Assembly (NCBI GenBank): GCA_040904565.1
Contig: JBBDTI010000067.1
Coordinates: forward strand, 1-64,000
Length of the DNA stretch: 64,000 nucleotides
Source: Rhodothermales bacterium
GTDB taxonomy: Bacteria > Bacteroidota > Rhodothermia > Rhodothermales > VXPQ01
Reading direction: 5' to 3'
Part shown: piece by piece, positions 49,007 to 57,892 of the stretch
Numbering within the stretch: position 1 is the first letter of the stretch
How the letters are laid out: each line of letters starts with the position of its first letter
The notes under the pieces: generated by a model
Told to the model about the DNA's origin: nothing
Database searches by the model: none
What the model saw: only the letters and a program-made list of their open reading frames with translations
Program-made: the position numbers and the translations under genes

Positions 49007-51532
49007 ATGGTGACCGTCGTACGATTACTCCTGGCCGGTATCGTTGTCGCGTCCCTTCCTTTTGGGAGCGTGTGGACGGGAACGTGGATCCGGTCCGTCG
49101 AAGCGGCGGATGCGCAGGTCGTCGATCGCCGCGGCACGTCCGATCGGCTCGCTGACGCGACGCCCGCGATCGTGCCGCATCCACAGGAGGTCCGATGGGA
49201 GCAGGGTACGCTTCATCTGCCCATCCTCCGTAGCATCGTCCTGGGACGTGGCGCGACGGACGGTGACCGGTTCGCGGCCGAGCTGATCCGTGACGAGCTG
49301 GAGCGACTGGACGTCGACGTGACGGTTGACTATGAGGGACCGGAAACGGCCGATCACGCGTCGATCTCCATCCGGCGGGCTACCGATCTGCGGGACGATG
49401 CCTATCGCCTGAGGATATCGCGCGAGGGGGCGGTTATCGAGGCGGGCAGCGAACGGGGGCGGTTCTACGGCGCCATGTCCCTGATCCAGATCGTGCGTGC
49501 GGAGGGAGGAAGGGTGCCGTCCATGCGCGTTTTCGACTACCCGGACCTCGCCGTTCGCGGCGTGATGGACGACCTCGTCCACCAGATTCCGAAGCTGGAA
49601 GAGTTCAAGCGCATCATTCGGTTTCTGGGAGAGCATAAGATGAACGCGTACGTCCTGCCGGTCGAAGGGCTGTTTCGGTTCGGTGTGGACCCGACGGCGG
49701 GCATGGGTACCGTGTCGGTAGAGGAGCTGATCGAGCTCCAGGACTATGCGGCCTCCTATCACGTAGACCTTATTCCGGCCCTGCGCACGCTCGGCCATTT
49801 CGAACGCCTGCTCCGCTTACCCGAGTTTGACGGCCTTGCCGAGTACCCCGGTGCATCCACATTGAACACGCAGGATTCGGCAGCCTACAAGTTCGTCGGG
49901 CGGCTTCTGGACGAAATCGTGCCGGTCTTCCGGTCCGACTACGTGCATATCGACGGTCGGCGATCCGACGACGTGGGTATTGGTGCGAGTGCGGAGGCCG
50001 TCGATTCTCTCGGTGTCCACGGCGTACACCTCCAGCATTACAGCCGGGTCGCAGAGCTGGTCCACGCCCGCGGGAAGAAAGTAATGATCGGCGGAGACGA
50101 TCTCCTCGATCCGAATTATGGCGGCGTAGCTGACGATCGACACGCCGACAACCTTTCCTTTGCCGACGTGGTGGTTACGGATGCGCGGCGACTGTCATCT
50201 ATCCGGGATCGCAGCAGCTGGACGTCCATGCTTCTTTCCAGCAGCGATGTCCGTCCGCCGGATCGCGTGTTTCCGGATTTCGCGGCGGCGCGGTCGAGCG
50301 TCTCCCGGTCGGCAGAGCAGGCGGCCGACGGGGGTGCAGCCGGACTCCTGGCTGCCGTTCGAACGCGGGACGATGCGCCGGTCTTGCGCGCGATGCAGCG
50401 ACGAGAGTACGCCTATGCTGCCGATCGAAGCTGGAACACGGATCCTGAGACGGCGGATATAGACCGGCGCATCAATCGTGTCTTCTATGGATTTGACGAC
50501 GCAGCAATGCACCGTCTAGCCGGCGCAATTGGGCGTATGACGGACGAAGTCGTTTATCCGGATGTTTGGCGCCATCCCCTCCATCATGCGCCATCGATGG
50601 CGGCCGTCGTTGAACTCTCCACCGTTCCACCGGCCACGGACTCGCGTCGGGAGGCAGAAATGCTGCTAACGGAGATAGAACACCTGCAGACCCTGGTTGC
50701 GAGGAATGCACAGCAGCTCGACTACTACGCATTCGCCGTGCGCTTTACGGCCTGGCTGCAGGACACGCAGGCGCTGGCGTCCTGGATGATGGAAGCTCGT
50801 CGGACGGATTCGGAACGTTCGACGCTGGATCGCGGTGCCCGCTGGGCGCGGGCGCTCACCGGTGAAGGCAGGTCGCTGGCGCAAGCGTATCGCTCGCTCT
50901 GGCTACGCTCGAACCGGGACGTTCACCTCGATCGGGCCCTCGACGCGTTCCGGTATCAGGTGGGTTATCTGGAACGGATCGCCGAGACGCTGGAAGAAGG
51001 ATCCTGGGACGTGAGAACGACCCTTCCGAGCCGATTTGTCGGAGCTCCCGACGGTGCTTCTCGGACGGTCCTGCGTAAGACGTTCGTACTGGAACGAGGC
51101 CAGGTGGAGGTAGCCTACCTGCAGGTCGCCGGGCGAAACGACGTGAACGTGTGGCTGAATGGAAACCGCGTCGGACAATCCGTAGGTCCGCAGTGGTCGG
51201 GTGTAGACGTCTGGAATGTGGCACCCCGTCTGCGTTCCGGTGAGAACGTCCTCGCGGCGGAAGTAGTGTATCGGGGTCCTGATGAAGAGATGCCTGCGCT
51301 GGCCAACATCTACCTCGAAATTCGCTTCCAGGATGGCAGGCGGCGATACGTAGGAACGGATCGGACGTGGAAGGCCGGCGGAGCCGCGGATACGGGTTGG
51401 CAGCGGAGCGCGTTCTCCGATGCGAGCTGGCAGCAGGCCGTCACGCCGGCGACGACGCGGATACTCACCGTGCCCTTGTTCGATCGGAGCCTACCTTCGA
51501 AGTACGAGCGCGTTGGCTCGACCCCACCGTGA
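49007..51532 (+). CDS. GH20 hexosaminidase-like protein with degenerate active site and C-terminal beta-sandwich
   Basis: IVPHPQEV, GRFYGAMSL, DYPDLAVRGVMDD, TLGH; HIDGRRSD in place of HxG(G/A)DE. Confidence 0.75.
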   Translation: MVTVVRLLLAGIVVASLPFGSVWTGTWIRSVEAADAQVVDRRGTSDRLADATPAIVPHPQEVRWEQGTLHLPILRSIVLGRGATDGDRFAAELIRDELERLDVDVTVDYEGPETADHASISIRRATDLRDDAYRLRISREGAVIEAGSERGRFYGAMSLIQIVRAEGGRVPSMRVFDYPDLAVRGVMDDLVHQIPKLEEFKRIIRFLGEHKMNAYVLPVEGLFRFGVDPTAGMGTVSVEELIELQDYAASYHVDLIPALRTLGHFERLLRLPEFDGLAEYPGASTLNTQDSAAYKFVGRLLDEIVPVFRSDYVHIDGRRSDDVGIGASAEAVDSLGVHGVHLQHYSRVAELVHARGKKVMIGGDDLLDPNYGGVADDRHADNLSFADVVVTDARRLSSIRDRSSWTSMLLSSSDVRPPDRVFPDFAAARSSVSRSAEQAADGGAAGLLAAVRTRDDAPVLRAMQRREYAYAADRSWNTDPETADIDRRINRVFYGFDDAAMHRLAGAIGRMTDEVVYPDVWRHPLHHAPSMAAVVELSTVPPATDSRREAEMLLTEIEHLQTLVARNAQQLDYYAFAVRFTAWLQDTQALASWMMEARRTDSERSTLDRGARWARALTGEGRSLAQAYRSLWLRSNRDVHLDRALDAFRYQVGYLERIAETLEEGSWDVRTTLPSRFVGAPDGASRTVLRKTFVLERGQVEVAYLQVAGRNDVNVWLNGNRVGQSVGPQWSGVDVWNVAPRLRSGENVLAAEVVYRGPDEEMPALANIYLEIRFQDGRRRYVGTDRTWKAGGAADTGWQRSAFSDASWQQAVTPATTRILTVPLFDRSLPSKYERVGSTPP

Positions 51533-51680
51533 GCCTGATGGAGGGGGGCACCTGTGGGCGTATTTGCGGATTCGTGTACTACGTATGGCTGCTCCAGCGT
51601 GCGCAGCCCGACGCATGCTGCGATCGGTTGACTGGCTGTCTATCTTACGTGTGGCACCATCAGAACTGACCTCATCGATC

Positions 51681-54494
51681 ATGCTTCGACTCACATCATT
51701 GACGGCCGCCGTATTCGCCGTCACATTTATAACGTGCGTACCCGTTCGTGCGCTCCAGACCGATGTCGTTCCGCTGCCGGAGCACCCGCGGCCCGACTTC
51801 GAGCGAGCCGAATGGGTGAACCTGAATGGGACCTGGGATTTTCGCTTCGAGGATCCGGCTAACGACCGTGCGGCCACCGTGCTGGATGCTCCTTTTGCGC
51901 AGCAGATTCTGGTGCCTTTCTCGTGGGGAGCCCCGCTTTCGGGCGTCGAAGATGAGGCCGACGTCGGATGGTACCGCCGGTCGATCACGATCCCGGACGA
52001 CTGGGAGGGACGGCGTGTCTTTCTCGTGATCGGTGCCGCCGACTGGACCACGACGGTATGGGTGGATGGCGTGGAGCTGGGCAGCCATCGCGGAGGCTAC
52101 ACCCCCTTCGAGTTCGAGCTCACATCGTACGTAGAGGCAGGCGCCGAACATCAGCTCGTACTTCGCGTGGACGACACGCCGCACGACTTCAAGCTGGAAG
52201 GCAAGCAAGGGTACGGTCCGGCCCGCGGAATATGGCAGACGCCGTATCTGGAAGCACGCGGCACTTCGGCCATCGACCTGATCCATTTTACACCAGATCT
52301 CAGCGATCAGCGGGTGGGCGTGTCGATCCATCTGCTCGAGGCCGCTCCGGAGGATCTTTCCCTGCAGCTGGCCATTCGCGGCCGGGACGGTGCGTTCGAG
52401 GTTGAACGGACGGTTCCGGCCGGAACCGGATCGCTCGAGTTTAACGTTCCCGTAGCCGATCCTGTGTTGTGGACGCTGGAGGATCCGCACCTTTATGAGG
52501 TAACGGCGACCGTTTCGGGAAACGGCGCGCCCGACCGCGTCGAGACGTACTTCGGCATGCGCGAGATCGGCGTCGTCGATCTGCCCGGTACGGAGTACCC
52601 CTACATCGCACTCAACGGGGAACCGGTCTATCTCGAGACGGCGCTGGATCAGGCCTATCATCCCGAGGGATATTACACGTTTCCGAGCGACGCCTTCATG
52701 CGGGACGAGATCCTGCGGTCCCGTCGGATAGGTCTTAACGGCATGCGCATCCACGTGAAGATCGGGATCCCGCGCAAGCTTTACTGGGCGGACCGGCTCG
52801 GTATGTTGATTATGGCTGACGTACCCAACAGCTGGGGAGAGCCGACGGAGGAGATGCGCGGCGAGGTCGAGTACGCGCTGCGGGGGATGATCGAGCGGGA
52901 CTACAACCATCCCTCCATCTTTTCGTGGGTACCCTTCAACGAGACGTGGGGACTCCGAACCGGGATCGATGGAGACGACGTGTATACGGACGACGCCAAG
53001 GACTGGGTGGTGTCCGTCGTCGAGCTCGCCAGAGAGATGGACTCGACGCGGCTCGTGGAGGACAACTCCGTCTGCTGCGGCGTCGGGCACACGGTTACCG
53101 ACATCAATTCGTGGCACATCTACACGACCGGTTACAACATGCCGGAGCACCTGGATATGGTCAGCGATAATACGTATCCGGGGTCCACGTGGAACTACGA
53201 GGACGGCTATCAGCACGGCGATCAGCCGCTCTTCAACTCCGAGTTCGGGAACGTGTGGGGCTACGAAGGGAGCACCGGAGACGTGGATTGGAGCTGGGAC
53301 TACCACATCTTCATGAACGAATTTCGCCGGCATCCGAAGATCTCCGGCTGGCTCTACACGGAGCATCACGACGTCGTCAATGAGTGGAACGGGTACTGGA
53401 AGTACGATCGATCTGAGAAATTCACGGGGCTCGATGCGTTCGTCGACGGCATGTCGTTGCGCGATCTGCACGCTCCGCTGTACGTTGCCGTGGGCGACCG
53501 CGGCGACCTGGCGCGCGACGTGGTGCCGGGGGAGGTCGTAGACGTACCGCTCTGGGTTTCCTTCATGACGGGATCGGACGCGTACGGCGACGAGCTGCGG
53601 CTCGAGATCGATCTCCATACGATCGACCGGCTGGGCCGCCGGCGGCCCTACGCGAGCGCCGTCTTACCGGTGTCTTACCGTCCGTGGCGCTCGGAAGCGC
53701 TCTCGACGATCCGTCTGACGATGCCGGAGCAGCCCGGACTGGCGGTCGTGACCACGAAGCTCACCGATGGACTGAACGCGGTCCTGCATCGTAATTTCAC
53801 GACGTATGTCGTGACGGGAGACGATCCGGAGATCGTCGAGACGCTGGACGGTCGGCGAGCGCGGCTCGTTCGCGTCGCCGCGGCGGACTACGCGGACGCC
53901 GACTGGTCGGCCAAGGAATGGAACGTGCTGGATGGCCTGAAGGTGAATGGCGCCGGGAGCGGCTACTTCGAGTACCGGCTGCCCTGGCCGGACGACGTCG
54001 CGCCCGGTGATGTGGAGCGATCTTCGTTTTTATTCGAGGCATCGGCCAAACAGCTGTACGGCAAGGACGTCGAGGGGGATGACGAGATGGACGGCGACTA
54101 CATGCGCGGCGGCGGTGCGCACGATCCGAGCCTGAACCCCAATGCCTATCCCATGACCGACGAATACCGCTTCCCGAGCGCCGTCACCGTGCGGGTCGGG
54201 GAGACGGTGGCGGGCGTATATGATCTGGAGGATGACCCGGCAGACCATCGAGGCATTCTTTCGTGGCACGCACAGCCGGAGGACAACCGTCTGCGCGAGG
54301 CGGGTTCGTACGGTTGGCTGGTCGACGTCCCCATCCCCCGGGAAGAGCTGGCACGTGCCGCGCGCGCCGGTGAGCTGGTGGTTCGTCTCGAAGTTGATGA
54401 GGCACTTCCGCACGGGCTGGCGATCTACGGGTCGCAATTCGGGCGCTATCCCCTCGATCCGACCTGGTCGCTCATACTGCACGACATCGAATAG
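51681..54494 (+). CDS. Glycoside hydrolase family 2 protein
   Basis: EHPRPDF..NLNGTWDF, HRGGYTPF, GIWQ, YFGMR, FNETWG, NSEFG. Confidence 0.9.
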   Translation: MLRLTSLTAAVFAVTFITCVPVRALQTDVVPLPEHPRPDFERAEWVNLNGTWDFRFEDPANDRAATVLDAPFAQQILVPFSWGAPLSGVEDEADVGWYRRSITIPDDWEGRRVFLVIGAADWTTTVWVDGVELGSHRGGYTPFEFELTSYVEAGAEHQLVLRVDDTPHDFKLEGKQGYGPARGIWQTPYLEARGTSAIDLIHFTPDLSDQRVGVSIHLLEAAPEDLSLQLAIRGRDGAFEVERTVPAGTGSLEFNVPVADPVLWTLEDPHLYEVTATVSGNGAPDRVETYFGMREIGVVDLPGTEYPYIALNGEPVYLETALDQAYHPEGYYTFPSDAFMRDEILRSRRIGLNGMRIHVKIGIPRKLYWADRLGMLIMADVPNSWGEPTEEMRGEVEYALRGMIERDYNHPSIFSWVPFNETWGLRTGIDGDDVYTDDAKDWVVSVVELAREMDSTRLVEDNSVCCGVGHTVTDINSWHIYTTGYNMPEHLDMVSDNTYPGSTWNYEDGYQHGDQPLFNSEFGNVWGYEGSTGDVDWSWDYHIFMNEFRRHPKISGWLYTEHHDVVNEWNGYWKYDRSEKFTGLDAFVDGMSLRDLHAPLYVAVGDRGDLARDVVPGEVVDVPLWVSFMTGSDAYGDELRLEIDLHTIDRLGRRRPYASAVLPVSYRPWRSEALSTIRLTMPEQPGLAVVTTKLTDGLNAVLHRNFTTYVVTGDDPEIVETLDGRRARLVRVAAADYADADWSAKEWNVLDGLKVNGAGSGYFEYRLPWPDDVAPGDVERSSFLFEASAKQLYGKDVEGDDEMDGDYMRGGGAHDPSLNPNAYPMTDEYRFPSAVTVRVGETVAGVYDLEDDPADHRGILSWHAQPEDNRLREAGSYGWLVDVPIPREELARAARAGELVVRLEVDEALPHGLAIYGSQFGRYPLDPTWSLILHDIE

Positions 54495-54510
54495 AAGTCA
54501 GCCCTTACGC

Positions 54511-55974
54511 TCATCGCACGTGCAGGATCACACCTGAATGTCTGGACTCATCGAAATGGGCGTCATATAGGTAGAGTCCGGTCGGCCAGCGTTCAGTTGT
54601 GATCTCAATATTCGTGATTCCGGCTGGCACCAATTCATTTATCGGCGTCCGGACGATTCGTCCGGCGGCGTCGTAGATCCTTATTCGAACGTGCGCGGCC
54701 TTGGACAGGTTGACACGTAAGGTGGTGACACGGTCGGATGGTATCGGAAAGACACGTATGGCAGGACGCTTTTCCATTCGATCCGGCGAGAATACGGGTA
54801 CCGCCGACGCACCATCTAACGTATTCCAGCAGGCTAGATGCGATGCGTGCAGATCGCCGGCTGAGAGGAAGGCGCCGCCGACGTGTAGCACTCCCGAAGG
54901 AGAGATCGCAAGCGCGTGCACGAGATCCCCGACCCCGCTGCCGAGCGCTCGCCAGTGCATCCCGTCCCAGACCCCCACGTGCTTAATCGGCGTCCCAACC
55001 GAAGTCTCGAAATATCCGCCCGCATAAAGTCGTCCCTCATCGTCAAATAAGAGGGCGTGCACGTTTCCGTCCAGTCCATCGCCTACCCGGTTCCACCGAT
55101 TCCCATCCCACCGTGCAATATTGGCCGCCGTGGCGTGGCCGGCCAGATCGAAATTACCACCGGCGAAAAGATCTCCGTTCGGAGCAATCGCAAGCGCCCA
55201 GACAGGCCGCCCGAACCACGCTAAATTCATACCGCTTCCCATGGCATGCCACTCGAAACCATCCCAGCGAGCAATCTGATACGCCGCAGCGCTGCCGGCC
55301 GTAGTAAACCCTCCTCCCGCATAGAGGGTGCCGTCGCGGGAGGTGACGAGAGATGTCACGTTGTGATTCATGCCCAGGCCTACGTTCGACCAGCGATCGC
55401 CATCCCACCGGGCAATAAATCGCGCGTCTCGACCGCCGGCGGACGTAAAGCCCCCTCCAGCATAGAGGGAGCCGTCGGGCGCAACGTGGAGCGCCTGTAC
55501 GATTGAATTCATTCCTCCGCCGACCTCTTCCCACACCGTCCCGTCCCAGCGTGCGATGAATGCGGCGTCGTGGTCACCCGCCCGAGAAAACGTACCACCG
55601 GCATACAGCATTCCGTCACGTCCGACGGCCAGTGCATATACGACATGATCCATTCCGCCGCCCATAGATGACCACCCGTTGTCTTTCCACACGGCAATAT
55701 GGTTGACCACGCGGCCTCCGGCAGTCTTGAAAAAGCCTCCCGCGTAGAGAATGTCTCCGTGCGTTGCCATGGTCATGACATCGCCGTCGAGTGATGAAAA
55801 GGGATTTGTCCACGACGTGTTGTCGAACCGGTCCAACACCGTCGATAGAGCGGGGACATCGCGTGCAGCGAAGTGGGACGGCGAGTAGGTCGGGTCGGCT
55901 CCGGTTGCCTGGGCCGATCGAAACATGACGATCGACAGGATAGCGATGAGAATCGCGACGCGCGGTATGGCCAT
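54511..55974 (-). CDS. Seven-repeat beta-propeller protein with T9SS type A sorting domain
   Basis: Signal peptide; 7x LYAGGxFxxAG..IARWDG..W..G; C-terminal VFPIP..IYDAAGR..PTGLYLY. Confidence 0.82.
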   Translation of the reverse strand: MAIPRVAILIAILSIVMFRSAQATGADPTYSPSHFAARDVPALSTVLDRFDNTSWTNPFSSLDGDVMTMATHGDILYAGGFFKTAGGRVVNHIAVWKDNGWSSMGGGMDHVVYALAVGRDGMLYAGGTFSRAGDHDAAFIARWDGTVWEEVGGGMNSIVQALHVAPDGSLYAGGGFTSAGGRDARFIARWDGDRWSNVGLGMNHNVTSLVTSRDGTLYAGGGFTTAGSAAAYQIARWDGFEWHAMGSGMNLAWFGRPVWALAIAPNGDLFAGGNFDLAGHATAANIARWDGNRWNRVGDGLDGNVHALLFDDEGRLYAGGYFETSVGTPIKHVGVWDGMHWRALGSGVGDLVHALAISPSGVLHVGGAFLSAGDLHASHLACWNTLDGASAVPVFSPDRMEKRPAIRVFPIPSDRVTTLRVNLSKAAHVRIRIYDAAGRIVRTPINELVPAGITNIEITTERWPTGLYLYDAHFDESRHSGVILHVR

Positions 55975-56019
55975 GGCTGCGAACTCTTAAGCGACGGGTC
56001 GTACGCTTAGACGCACGCT

Positions 56020-56037
56020 TACCTTTAGTTTAAGGTA
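56020..56037. promoter_or_regulatory. Palindromic operator candidate
   Basis: TACCTT-N6-AAGGTA in the divergent intergenic region. Confidence 0.4.
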
Positions 56038-56259
56038 TATCTCACGCTCTCCGCGTAGGGCGGCAAGACGTTCACGTGTGGGTGTGAAGATGATCTGCAC
56101 GTAAGTGCACGGCCGGCACGGGATGGGCCGGGAGAGTGATAGCCGCGCATCGCAGCATTGTTACGAATCCTCATCCGGGTGTGGGCGGTAATAAACCCTG
56201 AAGCACGTCACTGGTGCTTCGCCACCCGAGGCAACCTACTAACGGACGTCAAGACGATC

Positions 56260-56685
56260 GTGAACAAGAAGAAACTGATAGACGGTCTGAATACGGATCT
56301 GTCCCACGAGTATCAGGCCGTGCTCATGTACAATTCGTACGCCGCCATGGCTTCGGGCATCCATCGCCCGATCCTGAAGACGTTTTTTGAGGCGGAGATT
56401 ACGGATGAACTCCAGCACGCGGCGTTCCTCGCCAACAAGGTTACGGCGCTCGGTGGCACGCCGGTGACGAAGCCGGCACCGCTGAAGCTCGTTGAGGGCG
56501 CGACCGAGATGCTCGAGCAGGTTCAAAAGGCAGAGGCCGAGGCGATCGAGCGATACGTCGAGCGGCGCAAACAGGCTGAGAAGTATGGGGATTACGGTCT
56601 CGCGGCGGACCTCGACGCGATCATCAGCGACGAGACCGGCCACAAGGAAGAGACGGAAAAACTGCTCCGGGATCTGCACGCGTAG
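56260..56685 (+). CDS. Ferritin-like (bacterioferritin-type) protein
   Basis: HEYQA..Y, EITDELQHA, LGG.P, EAEAIERY, DETGH diiron ligands. Confidence 0.88.
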   Translation: MNKKKLIDGLNTDLSHEYQAVLMYNSYAAMASGIHRPILKTFFEAEITDELQHAAFLANKVTALGGTPVTKPAPLKLVEGATEMLEQVQKAEAEAIERYVERRKQAEKYGDYGLAADLDAIISDETGHKEETEKLLRDLHA

Positions 56686-56713
56686 GCTGCAGACGCGACA
56701 GCCGCCAGGATTT

Positions 56714-56758
56714 AAGCGTCGTACGGCACGGGCTTCTCCGCGTCGTACGACGCTTTTG
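56714..56758 (+). terminator. Rho-independent terminator
   Basis: AAGCGTCGTACG..CGTACGACGCTT stem followed by a T-tract. Confidence 0.7.
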
Positions 56759-56800
56759 TATCTTGAAGCGTTCGTTCCCGGATGAGCCTATACGACGACG

Positions 56801-57883
56801 ATGAACTACCGCTCTCTCTGCTGGCTGTTGCTGTTTCTGGCGGCGCCTGGACCGCTCGCGGCGCAGACGCACACGGAAAACGTCATTTTTATCACCCTCG
56901 ACGGACTCCGATGGCAGGAACTGTTCACGGGCGCCGACTCCATGCTGATGGCCGACGAACGGTACACGGACGATCCGGCCGATTTCGAGGAGCGGTATTG
57001 GGCTGACGCCGCCGTGGTGCGGCGCGCCCGGTTGATGCCGTTTTTCTGGAATACGATCGCCGAACAGGGGCAGATCTACGGCAATCGGGAGCTGGGATGC
57101 CGGGTCGATGCCTCGAACCGGCACCTGTTTTCTTACCCGGGTTACAATGAGATCCTGACAGGGCGTGCCGACGACGCGCGCATCGACAGCAACGAGAAGC
57201 GTCCGAATCCTAATGTGACGGTTCTCGAGACCGTCAACCGGGCAACGGGTTTCGATGGGCGCGTTGCCGCGTTCGGTTCATGGGACGTGTTTCCCTTCAT
57301 CATCAACGAAGGGCGCAGCGGCGTGCCGGTTAATGCCGGTTTCGAACCGGCCGCGGGTCCGAATCTGAGTGAGAAAGAGCGGCTCCTGAATACGCTCCAG
57401 GTGCAGATCCCCAGTCCATGGTCCACGGTTCGGCTCGACGCGTTCACCCACCACTTCGCCCTGGAGCATCTACGCCAGGAACGCCCGCGCCTGCTGTACG
57501 TCGCGTACGGAGAAACGGACGACTTCGCGCACGACGGAGACTTCGGTGCGTATCTGACCGCCGCGGAGCGGACGGATGCGTTCATCGCGGAGCTGTGGAA
57601 CTGGGTCCAGGCTCAGGATGATTACCGGGGAAAGACCACCTTCGTGATCACGACGGATCACGGTCGCGGCGAGGGTGACGCGTGGACGGGTCACGGGTCG
57701 AGCGTAGATGGCGCGGAGGCGATCTGGCTGGCCGTACTCGGACCCGACACGCCGGCGGTAGGCGAACGCGTCGGGCCGTGCGATCTGTACCAGAACCAGG
57801 TCGCCGCGACGGTAGCCCGTCTCCTCGGCCTCGAACTGGGGCCGGAGGCCGGTCCGCCCATAGAATCGGCCTTTGGCGATTGA
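56801..57883 (+). CDS. Alkaline phosphatase-superfamily protein
   Basis: ITLDGLRW, FSYPGY, GETDDFAH, TTDHGRG. Confidence 0.85.
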   Translation: MNYRSLCWLLLFLAAPGPLAAQTHTENVIFITLDGLRWQELFTGADSMLMADERYTDDPADFEERYWADAAVVRRARLMPFFWNTIAEQGQIYGNRELGCRVDASNRHLFSYPGYNEILTGRADDARIDSNEKRPNPNVTVLETVNRATGFDGRVAAFGSWDVFPFIINEGRSGVPVNAGFEPAAGPNLSEKERLLNTLQVQIPSPWSTVRLDAFTHHFALEHLRQERPRLLYVAYGETDDFAHDGDFGAYLTAAERTDAFIAELWNWVQAQDDYRGKTTFVITTDHGRGEGDAWTGHGSSVDGAEAIWLAVLGPDTPAVGERVGPCDLYQNQVAATVARLLGLELGPEAGPPIESAFGD

Positions 57884-57892
57884 TCTTACCGT

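Noticed and set aside
51696-53618. 640-aa antisense ORF over GH2 (likewise 23264-24922, 60526-61968, 15822-16991, 34746-35945)
   Set aside because: Antisense shadows of well-supported genes
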